Notes under the pieces: model-generated
Databases searched by the model: none
What the model saw: the letters and a program-made list of their open reading frames with translations, nothing else
Told to the model about the DNA's origin: nothing
Assembly: GCA_963575745.1 (NCBI GenBank)
Contig: CAUYUJ010000114.1
Coordinates: 1,364,001-1,428,000, forward strand
DNA: 64,000 nucleotides
Source of the DNA: Prorocentrum cordatum
Taxonomy: Eukaryota
Direction of reading: 5' to 3'
Shown: positions 38,577 through 50,641 of the stretch, piece after piece
Position numbering within the stretch: the stretch's first letter is position 1
Layout: the number at the start of each line of letters is the position of its first letter
Program-made: the position numbers and the translations under genes

Positions 38577-40183
38577 TTAGCAGCCCCTGCCCGGCTTCCG
38601 ACTGAGGCGGAGCCAGGAGTCGAGGCCGGCATCGGGCGAGGGCGGATCGCGAAGCTCGGAGAGCGGGCGGCTCTGGAGGACGTCTCGCGCGCCGCGGCCT
38701 GCTCCGGGGCGCCCTGAGAGCCTTCGTGGGCGCTCGACGGATGCCCGGAACGGATGCGTCCTTCGCAGACGGGGGGAAAACGGGCCCTGGGCTCTCGGGC
38801 CTTCCCCACAGGGCGACCTCCACTGCAGGAGCCGCTCCCTCACGCTCCCGAGGCTCGCGGAGGGCCCCGGGAGCCCGAACAAACGGCGACAAACCTCGGG
38901 ACCCGTTTCCCTCGGGTCGGCCGTTGCCAGAACTGGGTTTAGTGGGACCTGGTTCAGAGATGAGTACTCGGGGACGCCCCCCCCGCCCCGTTCCACGAAC
39001 CGGAACTGCCGCCACCCGGTTTAGTGATTCTTGGCAGTTCCGGGGCTCCACGGCCCTATCACTAAGCGGGTCCCCTTAGTTCTGGCTCTACCCGATCGGT
39101 ACCCTCGGCGGTGGACAAACCTCCCTTTAGTAGACCTCCCCTGAGTGAAAAAGGCCTGGGACCGAAACCGACGGACCTGGACCCGCAAAAATGACGGCCG
39201 CGACGCCCTCTCGCGAACCGACAAGTTTGGACGCCCGAAATGGGCACGGAAAGAATGGGTACAATGCCCAACAACAAATGTTGTCCCCATCCAACAGCGG
39301 CCGCTGTTGGGCAGGCGGCCTCCTGTCTCAAACGGACACAGGCCGCGGCGGCGCGGACAGCGAGTCCTGTTCAAAATGAACTGGAACTGCTGTTGGGCAT
39401 TGTACCCATTCTTTCCGTACCCATTTCGTTCTAATCGACGTGTCAGGGTAGGAGGTCTATCCACCCCCGATGCCCGATTCCCCCACGGCGACTGGCCCAG
39501 TCCGGCAGCCTGCGCTGGCGCAAGAACGCGTGCCGCCGGCGCGCGGGGGGGCCCTGCCGGAAGCGCACGCCCAGCACCCCGCCACTCCAAGGCTCCAGCA
39601 GCGAGGGGAACTCCCGGAGCAGTGCCTGCGCGCCCCGCGCCTCCGAAGGGGGCCCAGGGGGCACACACAAATGAGTAGACGCAGCTCCCATGATGCCCTG
39701 TATATTTTCGGTGTTTCCTGGGTTTTCGTCTCGCCCTCCACTTCCCGAGTGGCTTCCATATTTTCCCGCGATCGACGATGAGTTGTGCCTGTGTGCTTCT
39801 CCCCTCCTGCACCTCTTGCACCCGCCGCTCCGCGGCCGACATCCTGGCCTGGAGCCCCCCGCGGTTCGTCTTGCAACGTGTCTTGGCACAGGGCTCGAGC
39901 TGAACAGTGTTTTCAGGTTTTGTGCTGCTTTCGTTTTCCCTCGTTTCGTGTTCTCTCGTTCTCTATTTTCTTTGTGTGTGTGTGTGTTTTTGTGCCTCTG
40001 CTGCAGAACGGCATCAACACGAAAGCGGTCCACGAGGTCGCCCAACCACCGCTTAGCTCGGGCCCCGTCTTGGCACAGTAGCCGCGGTAGCGCAGCACGG
40101 CCCCGTCGAGCTGGAAGAAGCGGACGGTGCGCTCGACGTCCTCGTGGCCGTCGCCGTGCCGCAGCAGCAGCTCCTCCCTGTGC
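38577..40183 (-). CDS. 3' part of a putative TET/JBP-associated (TAGT/GREB1/JGT-like) glycosyltransferase; exons 40183-40069, 39881-39807, 39625-39553 and, less certainly, 38698-38577
   Basis: Spliced peptide RHREELLLRHGDGHEDVERTVRFFQLDGAVLRYRGYCAK/TRCKTNRGGLQARMSAAERRVQEVQ/ALLREFPSLLEPWSGGVLGVRFRQG/RGARDVLQ...; GC3-rich codons; consistent phases. The EDxERT..DG.V.R...KT...GG.Q...LL..FP motif series was recognised from memory, not by search. Confidence 0.65.
39646..39807. mobile_element. MITE family B copy forming most of a 181-nt intron
   Basis: aagggggcccagggggcacacacaaatg...gtgtgcttctcccctcc; the right end coincides with the CAG|GA donor. Confidence 0.75.
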
Positions 40184-40339
40184 CTGCCCGCAGGGGGGAC
40201 GCTCAGCGGGTCCTCCACCCCGGGGCCCTCGCCCCAGGGATGAGCTCTTCCTCCAGAGCCGCCTGCGGACAGCCCCAGGGGTCCGTGGAGGGCCCCGAGA
40301 GCCCGAGAACGGCGAAAAGCCTCTGGACCCGTCTCCCTC

Positions 40340-40439
40340 NNNNNNNNNNNNNNNNNNNNNNNNNNNNNNNNNNNNNNNNNNNNNNNNNNNNNNNNNNNNN
40401 NNNNNNNNNNNNNNNNNNNNNNNNNNNNNNNNNNNNNNN
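40340..40439. other. Assembly gap (100 N)
   Basis: Run of exactly 100 N. Confidence 1.
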
Positions 40440-43400
40440 CGTCTGAGTCGCCCCCTTTCCCTACACCCTCCTCAAGCCTGTCAGCGAGAGAGAAGCCTCG
40501 CAGCGTCGCAATCGAATCGAAGGAAAGCTCCTTCTCTTTGATCCTTCCCCCGTCGCGGGGGGAGGTCTGGGGGGGGTCACATACGCATCATCCCCCCCGA
40601 GGGCCTGGGACTGCAAAAAGTACCGAAACGAGGCAAGAGTGCCCCAAGAGGCCCCTGGGACGGTCCACCCCCAATCGCCAAACGATCGGCCCAAAACGCT
40701 GTCACGCTCCCTGAAGGCACTCCCAAGAGGGTTCCAAGAGGGCTCCAAGAGGGAAAAATCATTGATTCCCTGAGGCGTTCTCGCCTGCTCCGCTTCCCGC
40801 CGCTCCAAGAAGGCCGAAGAGGCCCTCAAGATCGTCTCAACACGGCCCAAGATGATGGGCCTGTGTTCCACCACCACCACCATAAGTTGGAGGGGGAGGG
40901 GATCCTCCTCCGCCTCCTCCTCCTCGTCCTCCACCTCCTTCCCCCTCCAACTCATGGTGGTGGTGATGGTGGAAAACAGGGCCATCACAAGAGGCTTTCA
41001 AGAGCGCTCCAAAACATCTCAGGAGAATCCCAAGACAGCCCGAAACGCCTACAAGACGGCCCAAGAGGCCCCCAAGACGGCTCCAGCGTGCCTTGACGGG
41101 GAACCCGAACGGGCATTTCGAGCCAACGGCCTCGAGAAGCTCCCACGAGGCCCCAAGAGGTTCCCAAGAGGCCCCAAGAAGCCCACAAAAGGCCCCCAGG
41201 ACACCCGAAAAGGCTCTCAAGAGGCCCCAAAGAGGCTCCCAAGAGACCCAAAAATTCCTCCCCAGAGGCCCCAGAGAGCCTTCCCAAGAGACCCCAAGAA
41301 GCATCCCTGAGGACTCGGGCCCACGTCAGCGTCGTCGTCGTCACCGCCGCCTCCACCGCCATCGTCGACGTCCCCCTTCAGGGTCGGCGGCACCGGCCGT
41401 AAGGCCTTCGCAATAATGCCACGCTCCCCCGATTAGGGCAGCTCCCGTGGGCATCGTTCCTGGCTGGGTTGGTGGGAATACTTGTTTGGTACGCGGGCGC
41501 GCGAAGCAAGTCGAACGCCGAGCACGCTAGGGCGGGCCGCGACGTAACGAAGGAAAAAACAGCGAAGCAAACTACGCGCCACAGAGCGGAGCAGAGCGAA
41601 GCGCAGCCAAAATGGCGCGGGAGGCAGCGCACAGGTGTTGGTGGGATTTGCTTGGTCGCAGCCGCAGGCGAAGGAGCCAGCAACGAACCTAATTGCCGGT
41701 GCGCGCGCGCAGAAGAAAGCAGGACTTATCGCCGGAAGAAGCAGCTGCGCCGGGGGCCGTGCTGCAACCGCCGAGGCTGAGAAACAGCGCCGAGGGTGGG
41801 GACTGAAAGCTGCTGGGGCTGCCAGGAAGCTGCAAACGTGCGGGTACCATGGGAGCTGGATCACCAGGTACGTGAATTGGACCTTGTCGCCACAGGGCGC
41901 CAGAGGTCGGTGCGCCACAGACGTGGCGAAGCGCGGGACCGCGTGACAGCCCAGCGAGTGGCAGCGGACCGACGGGGGACGCGCAAGCTCGACCAAGAAG
42001 GCTGAACAGCTCCTGCGTGAACCGTTTTTTTCGCTGCGTTGAGATTTCACATTCCTGCTACGCTGTTGCACAGGCACAGTGGCGGGGTTTGCCGCAGGCA
42101 GCTGGATACCGGGGATCACTCGCGGCCTTACCCTTATTTTGTTCATCAGGGCTTTATCCGAACGAAAGCAATACCAAGGAGTTCAACAAGACGATCCTCT
42201 GGCTTACCTGTGCATTCTATGTTTAGCCTAAACATAATCGGCGTATGCAGTGCAGACTTTCTGCTGGGGCATTGCGGGAGGTGGTCGTCTTGCCCTTTTC
42301 CCTGGCGCGCCCCCGGAAAAGGCCAGTGCGCCAGCGAAGAACCCTACCCGGAGCCTCCTCCCCCCCCTCCAATCACAACTGCTTCCAAGCCCGCTAGCAA
42401 GCCCCACGAGGCACCCAATAGGCACCCACGCTGCCCCAAAGGCCTCTGGTCTACAACCCAGTGCCGCGAAGGCTGCAGATCAAAGAGTACGGTCACGGAG
42501 CGCGCGGTACAAAACGACAAGCGTACACGAGGGCAGCGGAAACGCGCGTGTATACAGTAGGAGCTCGACCACAAGAAACATTATACAAGAGACCCAACCC
42601 TGAGACCCCAGGACGTCCATTGGTTTTTGGTGTGGGAGCGTCACGCTTTCCATGGCAAAACAATCGAAACCCAAGAAACCCAGGGCACCCGGGAGACAAG
42701 CAAGGTGTTTCTTGACATGGGTTTCCACTGCACGAGAGGTTGGATGCAACATACCGACGGACCGTAACGCACGGACGCGAAACGCTGTGCAAACCCAGCT
42801 TGGTCGCAAGGGCCGCCGGGCAACGGGCGGACTCCTGCGGTAGCCCTTCGCGTCTAGCGCGAGTCCAGTGATCAGAAAGGGCACGACGGTAATGGATGCT
42901 CCAAGTCTCTCAATAAACGTAGGCGGGGGGGCATCGCGTGGGGGGGTGGGAAACCGCTGTCCTTCGGGGGGCGTGGGGAGGCTGGGGAGCGAGAGGGGGT
43001 TGGTTTGGGGCGCGTGGGGGGGCGGGCAAGGGGCGTCGGACAGGTTGGCACGGGGGGGGGGGTGCTTACTGAAGGATCTGGAGCGTTCCTCTCCCCCTCC
43101 CCCGCCACGCCTTCGCATTCCCCCTCCTCCGGAGTCGTCCCAGGTACCCTCGACGGAACCACTGGGTCGCCTCTCCAGTGGTGTTGAAACTTTCAGGGGT
43201 TGAAACAAAAAAAAGGTACCCTCGACGGATCGGTCAGAGCGCAAGTGCACCCAAGAGCACACCGCGACGGTGACGGAGGGAGGGGGCAGACGGTCGAAGC
43301 CGATGCCCTGCTGCCCAGAGGGGGCAACGCCAGGTCACGGTGGCCATGGCCTCGGGCACGCACGCCGATTGCGCATGCGCGGGGCGCACGGCTTTTCCAA

Positions 43401-43689
43401 GAGAGGAGGGGGCTCGATCGTGGAGCTGGTAAGCAACAGCGGCAGGCAGCGCAAGGAGGCAGGAGAGCGCCTTTTGAACGAGGAACGATGGCTCACTCGT
43501 GGAGCCCGTCCGCAACCTGATTCCGAGGTCACACAGCCCTGCTCATGAGAGGGACACGCACTGACACTGTCATATGGCTGCAGAAGGGCTACGATGAAAC
43601 TGACTCTACAGATGAACCAGAAGGAGAAGGAGATGGAGGAGGGGCAGGATTATTATGGCCCTGAACGGTGAAAGGTTGACACAATTGAA

Positions 43690-43962
43690 CTACTCAAGCG
43701 ATTCAGGCCCACCAGAGATGAGCCGTTCGATATCTTGCGCAACTGCCTCGGTCGGGAATTTCGGCGAGTAGCGTCGCACGGGCTTACCGTCCTGGTTAAC
43801 CAAGAACTTCTCGAAATTCCAAATGATGTCGTTGCGAGTTACCGGAGACCAAATAATGAACCCAATGTTGTCAAAGCAATGGTCAGATCCCTTGCAACCG
43901 CAGTCGTCGTGGGGCTTGGGCAACTCTGCACGCAGCCATTGGAAGAGCGGGTCCGCGCCAGC
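43690..43962 (-). CDS. GPX: Glutathione peroxidase, last coding exon
   Basis: AG|GCT acceptor; AGADPLFQWLRAELP...IIWSPVTRNDIIWNFEKFLVNQDGKPVRRYSP...TAG carries the WNFEKF signature. Confidence 0.95.
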   Translation of the reverse strand, partial: AGADPLFQWLRAELPKPHDDCGCKGSDHCFDNIGFIIWSPVTRNDIIWNFEKFLVNQDGKPVRRYSPKFPTEAVAQDIERLISGGPESLE

Positions 43963-44135
43963 CTTAGAAGCATCAGCCACCACACCCGTTCTTTCTGCTC
44001 AGCCTCCCCCTCCCCCTCCTCCTCCTCATCCTCCTCGTCCCCCTCCCCCACCTCAGCACCCTCCTCTTCCTCATCCTCCTCCTCCTCCTCCTCCATACCA
44101 CTTCCTTACAAGTGACTCCTCTCGACCCTGAAAAT

Positions 44136-44480
44136 TCAAAGTGTGCAACAACGTCACAGGTGGAGGGCGGGCCGTTTTCAAAATGTGGCTCTAGCCTCAG
44201 CGCCGCGCCCATTCGATTGCAAAGTTTGCAACAGTTTCAAGAATGGAGGGCGGAACGCTTTCAAAATGTGGATCCCACACCAGCGCCGCGCATCTCTGTC
44301 TGAAAGTTTGCAACATTTTCAAAGATAAACGGCAGCTCACTTTCAAACTGTTGCTCTCACCTTGGGGCAGCACACATTCATCGCAAAAGCTTGCAACAGC
44401 TTCAAGGATGGAGCGATGGTCGCTTCAATAATGCGCCGATCGCCTCAGCGCCGCGCACATTCGTGCTAAAATTCCACAGC
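44136..44480. repeat. 83-bp tandem repeat (~4 copies)
   Basis: aaagtttgcaaca-like anchor at ~44138, 44221, 44304 and 44386. Confidence 0.8.
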
Positions 44481-45139
44481 GGCTTCAAGGCTTCGTAAGG
44501 CTGAAGTCCCAAGAATGGGGGTCCTGGCACGACCTAGGATTTTCAGGGCGCACCAGTCACGTGGAGTCACCGCATTGAACAACAAGAATGAATGCCTGGC
44601 TCGCTTCAGGGTTGCCAGGACGGAGCCGCCACGTTCATTCTCGGTGTTAAAGTCCCAAGAACGGTTTCCTGAGACGATCGAAGATCCTCATTTTTTCCAG
44701 ACGGGCACTTCCCGCAATGAAAATAGGGAGGGAAGGTTTATTGCAACCGCATTGATGCGTCTTGGGTCTACACATCCTTGTCGCTTTCCTCCCCCCGTTT
44801 TCCTCCTCCTCCTCGTTTTCCTCTTCCTCCTCCTCCTCCTCCTCCTCCTCCTCCTCCTCCTCATTCTCCTCTTTCTCCTCCTCCTCCTCCTCCTCCTCCT
44901 CCTCCTCCTCCTCCTCCTCCTCCTCCTCGTCCTCATCATCATCCTCATCCCCCTCCTCCCTCCCTCTCTTCCCCATACCTGCCAGAAACAAACTGATCCG
45001 TAGAACGTGGCGGTAAGACCTACGCTACGGCACCCGGTGAAACAAACCATGAGACGCGGAAGCCAAAGCCTGGCGAAAAACCCAACCATGCGCAGCTGCG
45101 AATACCGCGAAGCAGGTTGGACGAATGAGAGGGCACTTT

Positions 45140-45632
45140 CTACGGTGCCACGAAAAGTGCGAAGGGTGTGCCGACATGGGTGCGGTGGGCGCATGCGAAC
45201 GCAGCCAATGGGGCCTTCGATGGAGCCCCCTTACGGCGCCACGAAACGTGTGAGGCGTGTGCCGAAATGAGTGCGGTGAGCGCATGCGAACGCAGCCACC
45301 CGGGCCTTCGGTGCAGTTCCCTGCGGGGCAACGAAACCTCTGAGGAGTGTGCCGAAATGCGCGCATGCGAACGCAACCATTCGGGCCTTCGGTGGAGCTC
45401 CCTACGGGGCCGCGAAACCTGCGAGGGGTGTGCCGAAAATGGGCGCGGGGGTGTGCCGAAATTGGCACGGTGGGCGCATGCTAACGCAACCATGTGGGCC
45501 TTCGGTGGAGCTCCCTGTGGGGCCACGAAACGTGTGAAGGGTGTGTCGAAATTGGTGCGGTGGGCGCATGCGAACGCAACCACTCGGGCCTTCGGTGGAG
45601 CTCCCTATGGGGCCACGAAGCGTGCGAAAGGG
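45140..45632. repeat. ~91-bp tandem repeat (~5 copies)
   Basis: gcgcatgcgaacgcaacca..cgggccttcggtggagctccct..ggggccacgaaacgtg repeated; a single related copy lies at ~21585. Confidence 0.85.
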
Positions 45633-46220
45633 TGCAATAGCGATCATGATGACGATGATTTTGACGATGACGTCGATGTTGATGATGATGATGCTGATGA
45701 CGATGACGGGTATGATGCTGCTGATAATGATGGCGCTTAGGCTGATGATGGTGACTATGATGATTGTGATGAGGACGGTGATTATGGTAGTCATGATGAT
45801 GACGGTAATGGTGGTGACGACGATGATGGCGATGATGATAATACTGATGATGAGGATGCTGCGTACGATACAGATGATGATGCTGGTGCTGACGATGATG
45901 TCGAAGATGCTGATGATGATGACGACGATGATCGGGTACGGACTATACGGTCTGGGAGCGGTGCTCGGCTCAGCCGTGATAAATTGACACGCGAACGCGC
46001 GGGGCGCTCAGGCCCTTTCCGAGGGAGTGCCCCGCGGCGCTCAGCGGCTCGGCCCCCCCGCCTCCGAGCCGCGCCCGCGCGAGCGGCTCAGCGCCTCTGG
46101 GCGGCCGCCGCCGCGCTCGGCACTTGCGCCGCCCCGCGCGGGGTGCCTCCCCCGCCGCGCCCCCCTCGGCGCGGCTGCCTGGCCGGCGCTGGCGCCCCCC
46201 GCGCACTGGTCGCGTTGCGG

Positions 46221-46502
46221 AAAAAAATAAAAGAAAAAATAAAAAAAAAAAAAAAAAAAGAAAAAAAGACGACGGGCCACCCTCGCGCCGATCCGCGCGG
46301 CAGCCGCAACCGCGCAAAGACAGGCGGCGCTGTCCCACGCCGATGCCCAAAAGGCGTGCGATACGTCGAAAACAAAAAAAAATAAAAAAAAAAAAAAGGA
46401 ACAAAAAAAAAAAAGAAAAAAAAAAAACAAAAAAAAAAAAAAAAAAAAATACAAAAAAAAAAAAAAAAGAAAAAAAATAAAAAAAAAAAAAAGAGCAAAA
46501 AA

Positions 46503-46567
<65 letters not shown>

Positions 46568-46584
46568 AATAAAAAAAAAAAAGA
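46221..46584. repeat. Two A-rich tracts (46221-46268, 46369-46584)
   Basis: Direct reading. Confidence 0.9.
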
Positions 46585-49500
46585 AGCTCACGTTCCACCA
46601 TCGCGGGCGGCCGCCCGCGTCCTCGGCGCCCACGGCTGCGCCGCCCTCCCCCGCGCCGCCGTCGCCGTTCCGGGCGCCGCCGCGCGCCTGGGCCGCCGTC
46701 CGTCGCCGCTACGGCGCCCGCGGCGGCCGCCCCCGCGCCCTCGGCGCCTTGTCGGCGCGCTCTCGCGGAGGTCCGCGAGCGGGCCCGTCGCTCGCCGGCC
46801 TCCGGGCCAGGGGCCCGGCGGCGCTTCCGCCCCGCCGCTCGGGGCCCAGGCCGTCCGCCGCGGACGAGCGCGCCGACTAAGCGGCCCGCGCATGCGTCGC
46901 AGAGCCAGCGCGTCCCGCGCGAATCCGAGACCGCCGTGCCGCGCGCAGCGCATGGCCAACGCCTGCAGCCTGGCCCGCTGTCGCGGCAGCGCGCGGCGCC
47001 TGACTCGTCGCCCGCGCCCGCGCCCGCAACGCGCGGGCCCCGCGGCGCCCGCGCCCGCGCCGTCGACCGCCGCGAGGGCGTCGCTCCCCAGCTGTAGCGC
47101 CTCGCGGAGCCAGCTAGTCGCCGCCGTCGCGATCGCGTCGGCCAGCTCGATCCGCCTCGCCGCCGCCTCGCACGCTGGGTGGAGCTCCGCGCCCTTCTTG
47201 GCGAATCTGTCCGCGGCGCGCTTGCCCTCGCGGTCGCCCAGCACGGCGACGCCGTCGCGGACCAATCGGAGCGCGGCGCGCCCCTTCACCTCGGCGACCC
47301 GCGCGCACTGCCGACCGCCGAAACACTCCACGGCCAGCCAGAACTCGCGCCACACCTCCAGGCCTGCAGGCACGGGCGCCCCCGCGCGCAGCACCGGGCC
47401 CTGCCCGCGGCGAGCCCCGTCGCGAGCAGCTTGCAGTCCGTCCTATCTCGAGGGTTCCGTCCGCGCCAGGCATGCCCCAGCGCGGGGCACGGGCCGCGGC
47501 CAGGAGCTCGCCCGCGTTGGCGCCCTGCGGCACGCGGGCGGGGACTCGCCCCCAGGCGCCGCGCGCCGCGCCGCGGGCCTGCGCGGCCGCGAGCCCCCAG
47601 CCAGCGCGCACCTCGGCCGACCCCGCCTTGCCGCGCATCGTCGAGCCGTCGGTGTACAGGGCGCTGGCGCCTGCCAGGGCCGCGTCACCGTCGCTGCTGC
47701 TCCAGCGCGCCTCCTCGGTCTCCAGCGGCGGCGGGAGGGCGGCCATCTGGTAGGGGACCAAGGCCCTCTCGAGTAGTGGGGGCCCTCGCTGTCGGGGGCC
47801 GCGGCCACGTCGGCGAATGCTTGCAACGCGTCGCCACCCGCGATGGCGTCGCGCCTCTCCGCCGCGAGGGCGCGGCGCCGCCTGGCGAGGTGACGCGCCG
47901 CGCCGCGGTCGCCGCACCCCGCGGGGCAGGCGTCCGAGCGGCGCAGCGGCGGGCCGCGGGCGGCTCGGCGAGCGACAGGCCAGAGCCCGCCGAGGGCTGC
48001 GCTGCGGGCGCTGGACGACCGCGCCCGCCGCTCGACGTTCGCCTTGGTGGCGAGCCGCCGCCGTCGGAGGCCGCGGATGGCGGCGCCGTCGGCCGCGTGC
48101 TCGAGGTCCTCGTCGCGAGCTGCAGCCTCGCGCCAGACCCAGACATCCGACGTCTCGATTTTTTAGAGACGCGGGCCCCCGACCTCCCGACCACTTCCCT
48201 GGGACCGGTTTTTCATCCCGAGTGGTTTTTTGACGGTCCCGAGGCCTGGCGAGGGCCCCGAAAGGCCAAAAACTATGAAAAACCTCTGTCTCGATTTTTT
48301 CGAGACGCCCGATGTCTGGGGAGCCAGCGCAGGTGCGATTCGCGGACTGTCCTGCGGAGCGCGTGGCCGCCGATCTCCTCGAGCTTCAGCGGCGCCCCGT
48401 CGCCCGCAGCCCAGCGGCGCGTTGCCGTTGAGCTCCAGCCGAGCCTCTCGAGCGCGAGCGGCGCTGCCGCTGCGGGGCCGCACCCCGCCGCGCCGCTGGG
48501 CCCCCGCTCGAGGCGAACCCGCGCGGCGCGCCTCCACGCCCAGAGCACGTCGCCAGCGGCATCGGGGTGGCCTCGCGCGAGCCCGCGCCCCCAAGCTTGC
48601 ATCGCCAGCTCGGCCTGCGAGCGCCGCAATTGTGCCGGGGGGCGGCTGCCGGCGCGAAGCCCACCTTCAGGGGTCGGCCCCGCGCGCTGCCGAAGGCGAG
48701 CGACCCGACCGCCGAGCGCCACTGCTGGAGCTCGCTCGCAGCCCAGACCTGAGCGCTGCAGCCGCAGGCCGTCGTCGGGGGGGGGGCCGCCCACCAGCAG
48801 GCGCATGGTGGCGCTGATGGGCCGGCGCCGCGCGCCTGCCACGGCGCGCCGCTTTCTCGCCACCCCCGCCGGGGCGGGGCCGCCCAGGCAGAAGCCCGCG
48901 CCCGGGTTCTTCGCGACCTTCGTCGGCCTGGCACCCAGCACGCTGGACTTCGGCACCGCCTGGACCTCGTCCCGCGCCAGCGCGTCAGCGGCCACCGCCT
49001 CCGTCTTGGCCCCCGAGATCCTGCAGCCGAGCGCGGTGAGGCCCGCGGCCACCGCGAGCCCACCTCCACCAAGTGCTTCGCGATCGCCCGCGAGGCGCGC
49101 CAGTGGCGAGCCACGGTCGCGTCGTCGTAGCAGACGCACGCGCAGGACTTCAGCTCGCCGCTGCTGCAGGCGCCGACCCCCTCAGCGCGCGCCCTCGCCA
49201 CCGGGAGCATTGCCGCCTTCAGGGCGACCCCCGCGCGCGGGCAACCAGCCGGCGAGCCCGCGTCCAACGCGCGCGCCTCGGCTACGACGGTGCCCACTCG
49301 TAAACGACGGCGCCCGCGGTAGGTCGACATCACGCAGCGGGCAAGTCTGCCGCGCACGCCAGCTCGGCGGGCCAGGCACTCGGCGCAGGCCAATCGCACC
49401 GTCTCGCGCGCCTTCTCGAGGTCGATCAGAAGCGCGGCTCCGCGAAACCGCTGCGCCCCCGCCGCCTCGGCGGCCAGCGCCTGGCGCCGCGCGGACTCCT

Positions 49501-50641
49501 GGGCCGAGCGCCCAGGTCCGCCCCAGAAGGCGCTGGTGCCGCTGCCGCGGCGGGTGGCCTCCCAGCGCCGCGCCTCGGCTTGCCTGGGCTTGCTCCAGAT
49601 CTGCGGGATGCTGGACAGCAGGCCGATGGCCCTCCAGCCGCCCACGGGCTCGGGCAGCATCGCGATGAGCGACGCCCGCGCCGCCAGGGGGCGCCCGCCC
49701 CACTCCTCGGCCGCCATGCCTACGTCAACGAAGAGCTCGGCCGTGGCCGTGGAGACCTGGGCGAAGGCTCGGGGCGACACGCGGTCGACGCCCATGCCGT
49801 TCGCCTCGAAGGACCTGGCGGCGCCCAGCCACTCGTCTGCAGTCGGCCTGGGCAGCGCCTCCGAGTCCGACTGCCTCTCGAAGTCCTGCCACCCGTCCGA
49901 GCCGTCGGCCGTGCTCCAGACCTCGGTCGCCCAGTGCCCGTCGATGGCGCCCACCTCGCGCTGCTCCGCGCCGAGGGCGGCTCGCTCGGCCAGCGCTGAC
50001 TCGAGCTCCTTCGCGGCGAAGGCGAGGGCCTCCTTCCGCACGGGCACCTGCTCCTGCTTCGCCTCGCGGCGCTTGTCCAGCTCGTCCATCTCGCTGTGGC
50101 AGGACTCCAGGAGCGACACCAGAGGCGACGCCGCGGCCTCGTCCGCGCGGCCCGCGGCCTCCAGCTTCGCGACGAGGCCCTGCTGCTCCGCCGTCCTGTT
50201 GCTGCCGCGCGCCTCCTCCGCGCCAGCGCCGCTCCTCGGCGGCGGGCGCCGCAGCGCCACGTTCTCCTTCTTGATGCCGTCGATCTCGTGTTGCAGGGCC
50301 TTGACCTCCTGCGCCGCAGCCGCCGCGGCACGCGGCCTCGCCCAGGGCGGCAGCGCGAGGCCGCGCACGCGGCAGGCGCCGTCCCAGCCCGCCTTGCTGC
50401 CGCTGCCCGCGCCGCCGTGGCCCGCCGCCCCCCCTGGCCGGGAGCCGCGGCGGCCCGCGCAGGCCCTGGCGCCCTCCGCCAGGCTTTCGCGTCCGCGCCC
50501 GCGGCTCCTGCCCGCCTTGGCCGCCAGCGGCGGGCCCGCCTACGATCGCAGCGGGCACAGCGATTGCTTGCTGACTCACGCCCCGCTTAGCGCTAGTCTC
50601 AGCGCGAGGAAGGCGTCAGCCTGGCTGACGCGCACAAAACC

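Noticed and set aside
43490..43580. SECIS candidates (GUGAC..UGAG and AUGAC..UGAG) downstream of the GPx stop
   Set aside because: Helix II is short or poorly paired and there is no apical AA motif; not supportable without a covariance search.
45140..45632. CRISPR-like appearance of the 91-bp and 83-bp arrays
   Set aside because: Whole units repeat with no unique spacers, there are no cas genes, and the context is eukaryotic.
47179..49668. 829-aa plus-strand ORF
   Set aside because: Antisense shadow of the GC-rich decayed LINE.
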